Part shown: piece by piece, positions 23,756 to 37,412 of the stretch
How positions within the stretch are numbered: the first letter of the stretch is position 1
Layout of the letters: each line of letters opens with the position of its first letter
Assembly: GCF_006345805.1 (NCBI RefSeq)
Contig: NC_043011.1
Location: 14,706,464 to 14,770,463 of the forward strand
Direction: 5' to 3'
Length of the DNA stretch: 64,000 nt
Origin: Octopus sinensis
Taxonomy: Eukaryota
Notes under the pieces: generated by a model
The model's input: the letters and a program-made list of their open reading frames with translations, nothing else
What the model was told of the DNA's origin: nothing
Databases searched by the model: none
Translations under genes and position numbers: made by a program

Positions 23756-26700
23756 AACAGAGTACAAAACACATCAATAAGCCATGTTAACTGAATGCGA
23801 TTATCGTGTACGTAAGCATATGATGTATGGAGAACGTTAGCAAGTTTTTTTTTAAAAAGTCGTAAATAGATTTAACGTCAAAGGTAATTTAGAGAAAGAG
23901 GAGAAAAAAAGAAATTAACATTTATATAAGAGGGCGAGAAAGGTGGGGTCAGGAGAAAGCAAGAAATCTGTTACCCTGTGTAATGCCAATGAAATTTTTC
24001 AAGAAAAGATTATTTTGGGCGGGGAAAGGCCGTTGATACACTGAAGTGCATCAACTTTCCTGTAATACTTGTCACTTCCAAATAAAAACAAAAAAAACCA
24101 ACAACTTATTTCTCAAAAAAGAGCTGAAAAAAAAAAGAAAATATTTGAAGTTACTAAGAAAAGACAAATGATTATAAATTGATTACTCTCAAATAGAAGT
24201 TAAAAAGTATCAGTGAAAAAATCTGACATCAGAAAACAGTAACTGAAAGAAAAAGAATTAACAAAATTTCAGTCGAAATCAGTCTACTGGGAAATAAGAC
24301 AAACAACAAAAGTCTGGTTTTTATGAAATATGGGTTCATTTTAGAGGAAAATTTGGAATGGGGGGAAGGAATTTAACTAAGATACAATGTGGCTATATCG
24401 GAATCCGTAAGAAATAGTGTTCCTGTATTACTCTAAAGTATACAGTATCAATAGTGATATCCTTGAAACTGTGATAAAAATTCAACAGGATAGGAAAGCA
24501 TTAGGAGAGATAGTCTATTCGAACGAAACAACTGACTTTCCACCGGGAATATCTTATTGATCTTAAATAAAAACTCTCAATGGAGAAGCTGGCTAGCATT
24601 GGCAGAAACAAGTCTGACACTAAAAAAACTAAAGCTACTCACACGATGAAAAGCTAACAGCATGCCAGAATTTAATATTTAAAATATATACAGTCTGTCT
24701 GAACTTATTCCTCATGGAATACTGCGATAGTAGCAGCATCATTAGAGTTGAAAAAGCAGCTGTGAGTGTTTGCGGATGTACTGAGCATCAATCTGTCAAT
24801 GAAACGTGAGAACACAGGAAGATTATGGTTATGGTATAACTGGATTACAAGAAAGCATACCCTTCTGTTCCTTGGTTCGTCATGGGCCACTACCTTGAAG
24901 TTAAATTGAGGAAGTAATTTTTAGGACTGTGATAGGATAGAATGAGGTAGGGCTTAATTTTCACAAGCTTATTCTGCCAACTTTGGCTGCAACTTTCTCA
25001 TTTAAGTTTGACACACGTTCACACACATACACAAAATAGACTTCTATATTTACTCTGCATCTAGATCCCTATCTACATGAAGTATATAATGTGCATGTAT
25101 GTATTTGTGTGGAGTGTGTGTGGGGGTCTGTGTCTTTAAATATATGAATATATATCCTATAGAATTTTTATCACTGTTTCAAGGATATGACTATTGATAC
25201 TGTATATATTTCGGAATGGTCATTTTACCAGTTTAGCCAATAAAAATCTTGCACAACAAATATATAAACGTATATATGAAGACAATATTATATTTAAAAG
25301 TGTACACCTAGTTTATCTTGAACAACCAATTTACGGGCCATTATTTCGTTTCCATTGCATACAATTCACGTGTATCTATCTTGAGATTTATTAAGCAAGA
25401 GAACTAAAAACGTGCTTTGTTAACATCAATTTGAATACTGTTTTCCATGCCGTGTGCAGCTCTGAGTATCGAAGTATCAGAGTGCATCTCTCAGTGATTT
25501 ATTCCCAACAATATGCTAATTTTCATATAAGCTTGTGTACAATATTGTACATATTAGTTCATAGTATGTACATAGCAATTTTCTCATCACTACTCGGAAA
25601 GTACGGTAAAGTTCATATTTAGCTAAGGAGATCTAATAAGGCCAAAACACACTCAGCGTTGTCCTCTATACGTGTTGGAAAAGTTAAGATAACACCGATT
25701 ATTCACTAATAACATCATCGGACAATTATTCCTGATTAGATTTTTAATGACCCCTGCATTAACTATATTGACACTAACTTAACTACTATCTGTAATAAAC
25801 CAGCGTTCTAGCCTGGTTTGGAATTATCGCTCATTTACCTAACGTTGCAGAAACCAGAGTTAACAAAGCAGAGTTCATGCTTGGAGTCTTGCGATTGATA
25901 TAGGAATATCATTAACAGTTTATGAGAATCTAAACGGGTTGCAATACTGACCTTTCTGCAAGAGACAATTATCTTAAAACACGCATATTAAGTAACGACA
26001 TTATTATTACAGTAGTAGCAGGTGACAAAGCAATCTGTGAAATTGTGTTCGCGTTAGATTTTTCAGTTATAATGTTTATTCTCTATTATGCATACTTCCA
26101 TGCTGAAAGTGATTGATTCATTATTGCAAAGCTATGCCCTAGCTAGGTATTTTTTTTTAGCAGCTGTATTGAGAAAATGGGCAGAAAGACATATATACAA
26201 TTGTTTCTCTGCAATACTTTTAGTGAGAAAAAAAAATAGACAGCTTTTCTTATTTACTAAGTAAAGATGCGAAACTAATTGCAAAATAATTACAAACAAA
26301 ATGTTCTATTTAGTGAAGTAATTTGGTTCAATAGAAAAGAAAAAAAACCCATTAAACTAGAAAAGAGGGAAGAATAGTGAAAACAAACAAACAAACAAAC
26401 AAGCAAACAAATGAAACGAATAAGTGTCACAGTAACCAGTAAGACGAAATATTTAACATGTCCACTGGAAATATAACAACTCTCCTAATTGATGCTTTCG
26501 CTAGACGGGTTGTTTTAAAGGTTACTGAATTTGTCATAGATATTGGTGTGATCAGGTTGGCCAGCCATGACTAGGCTGTTATCTATTTAGTTAAGTGGGT
26601 GCTAACATACTTAACAGGGTGAGCTAAAAAAAGTCTTAATTAAAATTACATCCGCAGTGGGGTGGGCAGAAAATGAGCATAATGATTAATTCTGCTCATG

Positions 26701-26948
26701 AGGCAAGGGTTTAAAGCTTTCAGAATTTGAATTAATCAGAATGAATAAAAAATTGCACGGGGTGAGGGTAGTAATTGCACGAGGGGAAAGTAAGTGAGGT
26801 TACGAAATAGGACTCCTATCAATACATATCTGGTAATTATCCTAAGAAGAACTGATAATACTGAAACATGCCATAACTTGCCACTGTACTTGCCAAAAAT
26901 TGATTTTACTCCCTATTGTTTTTCCCAATCATTTTAAAAAAACAATTT

Positions 26949-27378
26949 GGATCTTTTCGGTTTGAACGGCAGTTTTTAACATAATTTCTAGGTAACTAAA
27001 AAAATTTTAACTTCGTATACTGGTAGAATGTATTTATAAAACATCTTTTTCTCTTGGCTTTATTGAGAAAATTCTATAGTTTGTAAGATAATCGTTGTTT
27101 TTTTTCTTCAATTTCTGCAACTTCAACCAATCAATGACGTCCATTGAGGTAAAAAAAAACATTCTGTGCCATATGAATATGTCCCTCGTTTAAGAAACCG
27201 ATTGGGTTTATTTACATTTGTGAAGAAAAAAAGATACCCTTCCCCCCATCCCTAACCCTAATTAACCCTAACCCTAAAACAGATTGAAATGCAATAGATC
27301 GATACTAGGGTCATAATTATGGGTGACAATTTCATATGACACCGCTAGAAAAAACTACCGTTCAAACCGAAAAGATCC
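26949..27378 (-). mobile_element. MITE (Merlin-like), copy 2
   Basis: 28 bp TIRs; perfect 8 bp TSD AACAATTT (26941-26948, 27379-27386); CCCTAA tract. Confidence 0.9.
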
Positions 27379-27910
27379 AACAATTTTAATTCTAAATTTG
27401 TCTCCCTTGCTTTTCTTGACCATAACGTATCATTAATTAATGGTCACTTTATTCTCGACCTGGTATACGGTGATTTTGTCTTTTTTATCAGAGGAAATAT
27501 AACAATGCTGCGTAGTCTTCACATCCCAGTATTTGCGGGATAAATTTAAAAACAGTGGAATATTAAAAAAGCAGAACTAAAAAAAACAAAAACACCTCGT
27601 AAGCCTAATTAAGATAATCAAGAACTTCCTTTAACAGAAAATTTTGTAGTTCTGTGAATTTTTTTTTAGCACATCTGAAAGAAAGTCTTTCAGACCTTAA
27701 TATAGGTAGTTTTTTAAAAAAATCTTAATTGTAAAGATAATTTCCATCTTAATTCTCAAGTACCCAGTATGGTGCAGAATTAAATGTGCTGATCCATGAA
27801 TGTTTGGTCTTTCTGGATGTGGATGTAATAATTTTGTTAAAATCAAGGTGCACAAATAATTCTCATTCACATATCATTATTTAACCCCGAGAGGCTATGA
27901 CATTAGACAG

Positions 27911-27963
27911 GATGTGAGCTGCAATGCAACGACGAAGGTCGGTGTACTTTCGATGCAGATCAG
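27911..27963 (+). CDS. possible isolated exon, EGF-like Cys spacing (GCELQCNDEGRCTFDADQ)
   Basis: AG|...CAG|GTAAAC; C-x3-C-x5-C; weak pyrimidine tract, no partner exon found. Confidence 0.15.
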
Positions 27964-29184
27964 GTAAACGCTCAGAATAAATTGAAACAAATTTGATTTA
28001 TCACGGACAATTGGCTTACTTGGTTTAGAAAATCTTTACAATATTCTGTTGTTGAGGAATTTCCACAAGCTAAAGTAACCGGAACCATTAGAAACGGAAC
28101 GTCCCTTTATTTTAGTCACGTGCTTTTCTCACAAGCTGAACACAAATGATCAGCAGTGTTTGAATGTATTCCATCTATTACCTTAGCAGAATCAGCGGCG
28201 GAAAAAATACAGGATAAGGTTTTGCTTATCCAAGCGGAAAAGGTATAGACCACATAGGTATCTACTTTGTTATTCTTATATTGATATATTTCTTCTTTTA
28301 TAGCATACTAGCCATACATTTCTCTATTTCTAAAAAAAAAAAAAAAGATCATTCCTTCACTTGGTCTGTGACAGTGTATGAATATAACCATCTCTTTTGG
28401 CGCATGAAAATGGGTAGGGTTCCTGTAAGCATTGAAATTTTTTTCCATTCAAAGTATTCAGATCAATGAATTGATATTACAGCGCTATTCATGCTTCGCT
28501 GTATATCAATGGCTGTCGACTTTTAACTCTCAGCAGCCTGGGTTCGTGCACATTATTTGATAATTGTAACCTAATTGATATTTCAGTTTCCGAGACGTAG
28601 ACTGTACCCCTATTTGTAGCACGCTGCAAAATGCTATTTACATCATTTTTAAAAATGAACATTATCTAAGACGTCAGTTTCATTGATCGAAATGTGGACT
28701 ACATTGGTGATCAGTTTACACTCTCCAGTAACAATTGAGTAAATTCAACGAAGGCGGTTAGTTATAGATTAGAAAGCAGCCGAAGCATTTCGCTTCGGCA
28801 TTCCATACGGCTAATATGATTTTACAACAGCTTCTCTGCTGCTAACATGGAAAAGCTATAACGGAATCAAATACTATCAGCAGCATGAAATACGGATCAG
28901 TACTAGTGTTTGAAAGTAGAGACAGTTGTGAAATATTTCGAAATTATTCAATTGTGTAATCTCACTTTGACAACAGAAGCCACATAAGCGTTCTTCATAT
29001 GATATCAGTAACCTGGTTTTAATGATCATCTTTGCAGATACTACCAAAATAATCCTTTGTTCATCTTACCGTTTTTCCAGCATACTCGTATAACTTCACA
29101 CAAATCATATACATACATTCATATATACATACATACATACATACATACATACATACATACATACATACATACATACATACATAC

Positions 29185-29450
<266 letters not shown>

Positions 29451-29509
29451 GCAGACAGACAGACAGACGAGAGACAGAGAGAGAAACAGATATAAAACAT
29501 GGGAGAGAG

Positions 29510-30075
29510 TAAATGGAATTCAAAGATTATTCAAAACCACTCTAATCGTTTCGACTCATCATACACACAACGTGGCTTCCGTCCAGGGAGGAGTTGCCTT
29601 ACACAGCTGCCGCAGCCCTTTGACTGGATACTGAAATAAAGGCTTGTCGGCTGTAGACTTTGACAAGGCCTTCGACAAGGTTGATCATGGTATGATATGT
29701 CACAAGCTGCGAAACCTAGATATTTCTTTGGGAAATTGGGTAAGTGGCTGCATGACATTCTGAAGGGCAGAAGTCAGACAGTTGTAGCGTATGGTGCTCA
29801 CTCTGAAGCGTCACCATTCCTCAGCGAAGTCCCACAGGGAGTCACTTCTATTTGGGGTAGCTCTCTCAGACATGCTTTCCGCGGTACAGTCAGCCAAACT
29901 GACTAGTTATGCTGATGATACAAAAGTATCGCAGGCAGTTAGGAACCCAGAAGACATCATTAAACTGCAGAAAGACCTGAATGATATATATACAAATGGG
30001 CTAAGAAAAATAACATGCAGTTCAATGCTATGAAATTTCAGGCACTCTACTATCGACCAAACACAAGGACTTAAG
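29510..30075 (+). mobile_element. CR1/L2-like LINE reverse transcriptase fragment
   Basis: VDFDKAFDKVDHG, SEVPQG, SYADDTKV, LQKDLNDI, NNMQFN in frameshifted frames. Confidence 0.85.
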
Positions 30076-30486
30076 ACTGTGCCTAGGTGGCGATCTCAAG
30101 TTATTTGATGCTCTGTCCACTTGGAATAGGTTGAAATAACACTACATATGATATAACAAATATCGATCGTCTGCATGAATTAAAATTCTCTTATATATTT
30201 TAACACCTCTTGTCCATTTTTATCAAAATTGTTGAGTTTTAAGGGATTTTTTTTCCATAAATTCACAACACACCATATAGAAGTATTATTTTCATATTCG
30301 CAATTTTACGCCAGTAAGCTACCAGCAAAATATGAAGGATCCATATTAGAAATCTCTATTTTTTTTGGGGGGGGGAACCTCCAAATTAAAGAACGAATCT
30401 AATTCAGCCATTTTATACACACATACATATCAGATAAACTTACTTGGAAATGGATGCGTGGCGTTCAATCATATAATAATATAAAT

Positions 30487-30540
<54 letters not shown>

Positions 30541-30553
30541 ATATATATATATA

Positions 30554-30602
<49 letters not shown>

Positions 30603-30603
<1 letters not shown>

Positions 30604-30775
30604 AAGGGAAAGTTTACGAAAATAACAAACAGATGTATTAGTATTACGCTCAGGAATAGAAAAAAGTCTTTTACGTTTCGAGCCTACGCTCTTCTACAGA
30701 AAGGCACACAGAAAAAGCAAGGAGAGAATCAAGGAGAGAGAAAAAATGTGTGTAGTGGCTAACGATCTATCAACA
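30603..30775 (-). mobile_element. HHR-B module
   Basis: reverse complement of 42367-42558; HHR at 30668-30703; 3' end in (TA)n. Confidence 0.75.
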
Positions 30776-30809
30776 AATATGTACATACTTTCATATATAT
30801 ATGTATATA

Positions 30810-31025
30810 TTGGGTTGGCGACTAAGTTCCCGCCGTTTTTTAAAATTTTAATTTTTTAAAAGGGTTACTAAAAAGATAACAACTAATTAATCAATAATGT
30901 ATTCACCCCTGTTGTATACAACTGATTCTCAACATTCAACAAGATTTTCAATACCTCGTTGGCAAAAATCACTCGATTTCGACTCGAAAAATTGATCCAG
31001 CCAAGCTGTCAATTCTGCATCATAT
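30810..31025 (-). mobile_element. mariner 3' end fragment
   Basis: TA+TTGGGTTGGCGACTAAGTT TIR; minus-strand WLDQFFESKSSDFCQRGIENLVE...GEYIID* matches the mariner C-terminus. Confidence 0.8.
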
Positions 31026-31026
31026 A

Positions 31027-31379
31027 ACCAGTGGTTAGGGCAGCGGACTCGTGGTCATAGGATCGCGGTTTCAATTCCCAGATCGTGCGTTGTGAGTGTT
31101 TATTAAGCGAAAACACTTAAAGCTCCACGAGGCTCCGGCGAACCCTGCTGTACTCTTTCACCACAACTTTCTCTTAATATTTCTTCCTGTTTCTGTTGTA
31201 CCTGTATTTCAAAGGATCAGCCTTGTCACACTGTGTCACGCTGAATCTCCCCGAGAACTACGTTAAGGGTATACGTGTCTGTTGAGTGCTCAGCCACTTG
31301 TACGTTAATTTCACGAACAGGCTGTTCCGTTGATCGGATTAACTGGAACCCTCGTCGTCGTAACAGGCGGAGTGCCACG

Positions 31380-31380
<1 letters not shown>
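31027..31380 (+). mobile_element. SINE family C2 (C-type head, alternative tail)
   Basis: tail CAGCCTTGTCACACTGTGTCACGCTGAATCTCCCCGAG shared with 31690-31845, 51647-51960, 61968-62320. Confidence 0.75.
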
Positions 31381-31448
<68 letters not shown>

Positions 31449-31689
31449 AGACTATCCGTTGGGTCACCTGGAAGGTCTGGGTTTCTTTGCAACGGAGGTG
31501 ACATCGAAATCACGCGTAAACGGCTCCTTACTCCAGAAAAGGTCAGATTTGGCTGTTATTTCTTGCACGCCCTGCACCTACATAACAGGTATTTTGAGTC
31601 CTTCATCGCAAATAGCTGTTATGTGGGAGCAAAACTTGATAGAAATAGCAGCCAAATCTTTGGAGGTGAGATACTTTGAAACTACTCGT

Positions 31690-31838
31690 ATGTCATTGTA
31701 TTTCAAAGGGCCAGCCTTGTCAAACTGTGTCACGTTGAATCTCCCCGAGAGCTACGTGGAATGCTCAGCCACTTGCACGAGCAGGCTGTTCTGATGATTG
31801 GATAAACTGGAATTCACGTCGCTGTAACCGACAGAGCG

Positions 31839-31845
<7 letters not shown>
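31690..31845 (+). mobile_element. SINE C2 3' fragment
   Basis: GGGCCAGCCTTGTCAAACTGTGTCACG tail. Confidence 0.65.
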
Positions 31846-31885
<40 letters not shown>

Positions 31886-31887
<2 letters not shown>

Positions 31888-32218
31888 ACCCCCTTCGGTC
31901 ACGACACTGACCATGGGATTGCACCTAGAAAGTTACCCTCCTAGTCACAAGTCTGGGCAAGGTGGTTTATGGAAGACCAGCAGTCGCCCAGGCATACCGG
32001 CCTCCCCTCTCCACGCCACTAGTGTTATTCAAGGGAAAGGCAGCAGCCGATACAACTTGGCACCCGTGACGTCGCAACTCATTTCTACAGCTGAGTTAAC
32101 TGGAGCAACGTGAAATAAAGTGTCTTGCTCAAGAACACAACACGCAGCCCGGTCCGAGATTCGAGCTCACAACCTCACGATCGTAAGCTCGACGCTCTAA
32201 CCACTGAGCCATGTGCCT

Positions 32219-32222
<4 letters not shown>
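31886..32222 (-). mobile_element. SINE family E
   Basis: reverse GTGAAGGCACATGGCTCAGTGGTTAGAGCG head; tail GTCGTGACCGAAGGGG; second copy 56776-57104. Confidence 0.8.
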
Positions 32223-32269
<47 letters not shown>

Positions 32270-32313
32270 CACACACACACACATATATATATATATATAA
32301 TATATATATATAT

Positions 32314-32353
<40 letters not shown>

Positions 32354-32376
32354 GATATATATATATACATATATAT

Positions 32377-32462
<86 letters not shown>

Positions 32463-33317
32463 GGTATATATATATACCTATGTATATATATGTGCACACA
32501 ATCCACAGGCACACATATATTCATGTATGTATGGAGGAGGTAGATGTGTCAGGTTGAGGATCAGAACGAAGATCGAGACAGTGTTTTAAAGTGTGTGTGT
32601 TTGTGTGCGTATATATATATATAGATATTATATACATACGTTTATATGTATGTATGCATGTATTTAAATATATTATAATGAAATTTTGTGGTAGCCACCT
32701 GTCTATTACAGTCTATCATTTATTGTTTAGTTCCATTTATCAATGAACAAGTCTTCATATAGAGACTGCAAAAGACAGATTTGCTATTCAATAAAAACTC
32801 TAGGTCGAGTATCATTTCAAGAATGGCAGCATAGTTTAATAATATATTTTTGAACAATGAGAATATAAGAGCTAAGTTAAGCACGAACTTACAGTTCAAT
32901 TTGGTGATTGCTTCTATGGCGGAATGTCATATGAATTGATATTTAATATCCCTGGTGATGGATCAATAAGCAAAGGTCAAGAGTTACATTGAAAGCAAAT
33001 CGAACTATTCTAACCGCAAAATCAGCGTTCATAAAATAGAAATAATTCTCGAGTATAGATAGCTACGCTACAAAATTAATTAGTAACTAATTTCCATTGA
33101 ATTTTGTTACTAATATAAAAAAAAGCGGCAAATATCTTTTGATTAAGATAGCTAAAATTGCGGTTGGCGTATATGGTGATCAAAAATTAAGATATGACCC
33201 CAAAGAGTAATTCCGGGGTAATAGCTACGTATTCGGGTATATACGAAATAGCTGAAAATAAAGGCTCTTGGCAATCAATTCACTAAATAAAACAGGAAAA
33301 ATAAAATAAATTACTCA

Positions 33318-33450
33318 TAGGCGTAGGAGTGGCTATGTGGTAAGTAGCTTGCTTACGAACCACATGGTGGCACCTTGAGCAAGTGTCTTCTACTATAGCC
33401 TCGGGCCGACCAAAGCCTTGTGAGTGGATTTGGTAGACGGAAACTGAAAG
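33318..33450 (+). mobile_element. SINE family B 5' part fused to MITE
   Basis: ends ...GGAAACTGAAAG directly before MITE sequence. Confidence 0.75.
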
Positions 33451-33845
33451 GCAGTTTTTTCTAGCGGTGTCATATGAATTTGTCACCCATAATTATGACC
33501 CTAGTATCGATCTATTGTATTTCAATCTATTTTAGGGTTAGGGTTAGGGATGGGGGGAAGGGTATCTTTTTTTCTTCACAAATGTAAATAAACCCAATCG
33601 GTTTCTTAAACGAGGGATATATTCATACGGCACAGAATGTTTTTTACCTAAAATACGTCAGTGATTGGTTGAAATTGCAGAAATTGAAGAAAAAACCAAC
33701 AAATATCTTACAAACAATAGAATTTTCTCAATAAAGCCAAGAGGAAAAGATGTTTTATAAACACATTCTACCAGTATACGAAGTTTAAAACTTTTTAGTT
33801 ACCTGGAAATTATGTTAAAAACTGCCGTTCAAACCGAAAAGATCC
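33451..33845 (+). mobile_element. MITE copy 3, left TIR truncated
   Basis: starts GCAGTTTTTTCTAGCGG, ends AAACCGAAAAGATCC. Confidence 0.85.
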
Positions 33846-35599
33846 AACTAAAGTAGTTACAATAGTCATAATAAATATCAAGGTTATCAATGAGAATATT
33901 TCCGAATATTTCAAAGTGGCAGCCTTTCGTCTCACTTGTTTTTGGTAATGACTGACAGAGAAGAAAATCCAGTCATGCTTTACTCTGTTAATAAACAAAA
34001 GCTGAACTTTAATTATATTTATGGTATCGAAAAACACTTTGACATGTTCATTGAGTGTTTTTTTTTGTTTTGAATACATGGTCGTCAAAGTAACACGATT
34101 GAATGCATATTAAACATCTATTGATATGTATGTCTTAATAAACTCTCTTCTCGAAGACGAATGCTACAAATAACCTGCAAATAATGATGATATTGGATCG
34201 GTGGGTAAATTGTAAGAAACGTTAAGTGATATGAGAATATATCACCAGGTCCCAGTCAAAACTGTTTTTAAAACTATTTTTCTTCAAGTAGTTCATTTGC
34301 TAAACGCGTTTTGAACTATCAACGATAAAACCAAACTTTGGGATTCTGGGACACTTGCAGAAATCTATAACAAACAGTAAAACAAAAAGTATAAACAACA
34401 ACGGGAATTTCTGCCTTAACTGTGATACGTCAAGGTTTATCTAATATGGAAGAATTATGACAAGTTTAACTAAGTCCAGACTGTTCCTGTGTGCTCCATC
34501 CTATCGATGAAGTAATACTCGACAGATTGGAATATATTCAACAAGGAAGAAAATAAAATGCTATAGGTTGAGGAAAATTTTTCAGAATGGACACTGTTAA
34601 TACTTAGATACGATGTGTAACCCAAAGAGAGAGTTACTGTCTTATATGAGTACGCATGCACTTGATCACAAATACATACAAATGTGTCATCGCATCTTTG
34701 CTCAACCAACAATGCCTAGTCAGTACTACTGACCAGTTTCAACTTCAATCAGTAATTAAATCTTAAGAAGAGAACATAGACACACTCATAATCCATGCCA
34801 AATAGATAAAACTATTTCCTTCTGAACTAAACTCAGTCTATCTTTAGATATATAATGTTGGCTCTTCCCAGTCTAGTTTAATATTTTCCTTGATTTGCAG
34901 CTAATTATATAATCAATTTTCTCACGAAATATAATATGTTCTTAATACTTTAAAATTATATCTCATTATTTAAAAATACACTCACAAAGATCCACATGCA
35001 AACATTTCACACGCTGAAATTATATTGCATGACAATGTGCTGGAAAGAGCTAACAACCAGATTTAAAAAACAAAAGCAAATAACGTCTTATCTCAAATAT
35101 TTACACATTCCTTCAGTTATCTCTTTATTTAATAAGAAGCTATCTGGTGCCTACTACATTAAGGGAAGATGCTTCCAATCATTCATAAGAAACCATGTCG
35201 ATAACAGTTTCTTATCAAATTTAATTAGTATTGTTCCAAGTAATTTAGCATGATAATATATCAGGTATTATTTGCTATAAAACTGTCAATCGACTCAATC
35301 TGAAATGAGTAAAGATTTTCAAATTCATTCACAGGTTGTCGACGCCAAAAGTATTTTTATACTATCTTGACGCATCGTAATTATAATGCAATTAACATAG
35401 AAGCTGTTAAATACAGCATATTTCTAAAATTGCACAGAGAACTAATGATGGTTTGATAATATAGAGCTATGCGTTCGCAAGTAAGACTGTGAGTTTAAGA
35501 AGTTTGTTTCGCAATTATGCGGTTTCGAGTTCGATTCCATTGGAGTCTTGTGGGGAGCAAAGCTTTCTTTGAAGGGTAATTTGGTAGACGGCACGATCG

Positions 35600-36660
35600 C
35601 TTCTGTTATTGGGTAGTAAGCGTTATTTAGATGCCTTTAGCAGAGTAAACTCTATTACGAGTATCAAGGTCAAGTCTTTCCTGTGAAGATAACTTATTAC
35701 ATTCCTCCTTCCAGTCAAAGAGATCTGAAAAGGATCATGAGCGCTTTCTTTCCTCCTCTGACTAAGCCCTTAAAAATCTATTGCACGCCACCTTAATTCT
35801 CCTTGCAATTCCCATCATTATCTTTACTCTTTGTTGTTTTCTCCAACACCATATCAACTTTCTTAAACTTCTCAGGTAACAAAGAATGATTTTTCAGGTT
35901 GGAAAATCAATAATCAGTGAACCAGCGAAACATTCACAGCATCCAATTCAAACCTACCTGTTCATACTTGCATGATACTGTCATCACGAACTTGTCTGCT
36001 ACTATGCACCCACTTCTTAACTTTGTGTGGAGGCACATGGCCTAGTGGTTAGAGCAGCGGACTCGCGGTCGAGGGATCGCGGGTTCGAATCTCAGACCGG
36101 ACTATGTGTGTGTTTATGAGTGAAACACCCAGGCTCCACGCGGCTCTGGCAGAAGGTAATGGTGAAACTTCTGCTGCCTCTTTCGCCACAACTTTCTCTC
36201 ACTCTTTCCTCCTGCATTTTGCAGCTCACCTGCGACGGAGCAGCGTCCCGTCCAGGTGGGGAGCCTATGCGCCAAGAAACCGGGAAACCGGCCCTTATGA
36301 GCCAGGCATGGCTCGAGAAAGAACAAACAACAACAAACACTTCTTAACTTTCCTCTACTTATCCATTCACGCGGACACATTATCATACTTCTTCTAACTT
36401 ACGAGCTCATATAAACATACAACCACTCCATTCCCTATTTATTTTGGGGCTACACAGCTTGTTACTCATTCACTATTTACATTCTTCCTTGTCATGTATG
36501 TCGACTTCCATTTCGCAAAATTTCTGCCACTAACTTCTTTGTATTTTGTTTCCCTTATATCTTGAGAAAAGGCTCTTGCTTGAAACGTAGACCCCATATC
36601 CTTTACCTCAAAGCGTAATACAATGATTTGGCTTACGTTTGTTTTTACGAATGTGTGTGA
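35600..36660 (+). mobile_element. very decayed PLE endonuclease/3' end split by a SINE
   Basis: IARHLNSP resembles the GIY-YIG HF motif; decayed HHR-like TTGAGAAAAGGCTCTTGCTTGAAACGTA at ~36560-36590. Confidence 0.3.
36026..36337 (+). mobile_element. SINE family C with 14 bp TSD
   Basis: CACTTCTTAACTTT at 36011 and 36338. Confidence 0.85.
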
Positions 36661-37107
36661 CATCGCTAACGCAAACCAGTGACTTATTCCTCAGATTATG
36701 AATTTATGAATTGCCTAGTAAAAAAGACATGATTTGTTTCCTTAATGTAAAATAATTACATTTTCGTACATAAATTTCTTTTATCCTAAGCTGCTTAAAG
36801 AGTTCCGATATTTATGAGCCAGACAAGATCAGTAGTTTCTAAAAGTTACACTCATGAATTGATATATCATGGAAACTAAAAAAAAATACTTGCATAAAGC
36901 ATCGTAAACTTTCTTTTCAGACAAAAATTACACAATAAGTAACTGGGACAGATTATCTCGCATTCATTAAAATAAACTATATCAGTTTACATAAACATGA
37001 AATCCATGCTTGCTTATTGAACAGACTGGGCAAAATTCCATGACTGTTATTTTCTAGTGAAGCAATCCTACAAAGAACGATCTATATCATAAAGAGTAAT
37101 TTGCATG

Positions 37108-37412
37108 TGTGGAGGCGCAATGGCCCAGTGGTTAGGGCAGCGGATTCGCGCGGTCGTAGGATCGCGGTTTCGATTCCCAGACCGGGCGTTGTGAGTGTTT
37201 ATTGAGCGAAAACACCTAAAAGCTTCACGAAGCTCCGGCAGGGGATGGTGGCGATCCCTGTTGTACTCTTTCGCCACAACTTTCTCTCACTCTTTCTTCT
37301 ATTGGCCTGCTCGCTTAGCCAGCGGGGTGGCGTCAATTGATGGCTAAAACAATGCAACGCGCATTGTGACCAGCGGTGTGTAGCAACATCTGATAGCCTG
37401 GTGATCACGGTG
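37108..37412 (+). mobile_element. SINE family C3 (C-type head, third tail type)
   Basis: GTGGAGGCGCAATGGCCCAGTGGTTAGGGCAGCGG head. Confidence 0.7.

Noticed and set aside
24693-24925. Exon candidates on both strands (LFLMEYCDSSS; VVAHDEPRNRR)
   Set aside because: Mutually incompatible, short, kinase resemblance likely chance
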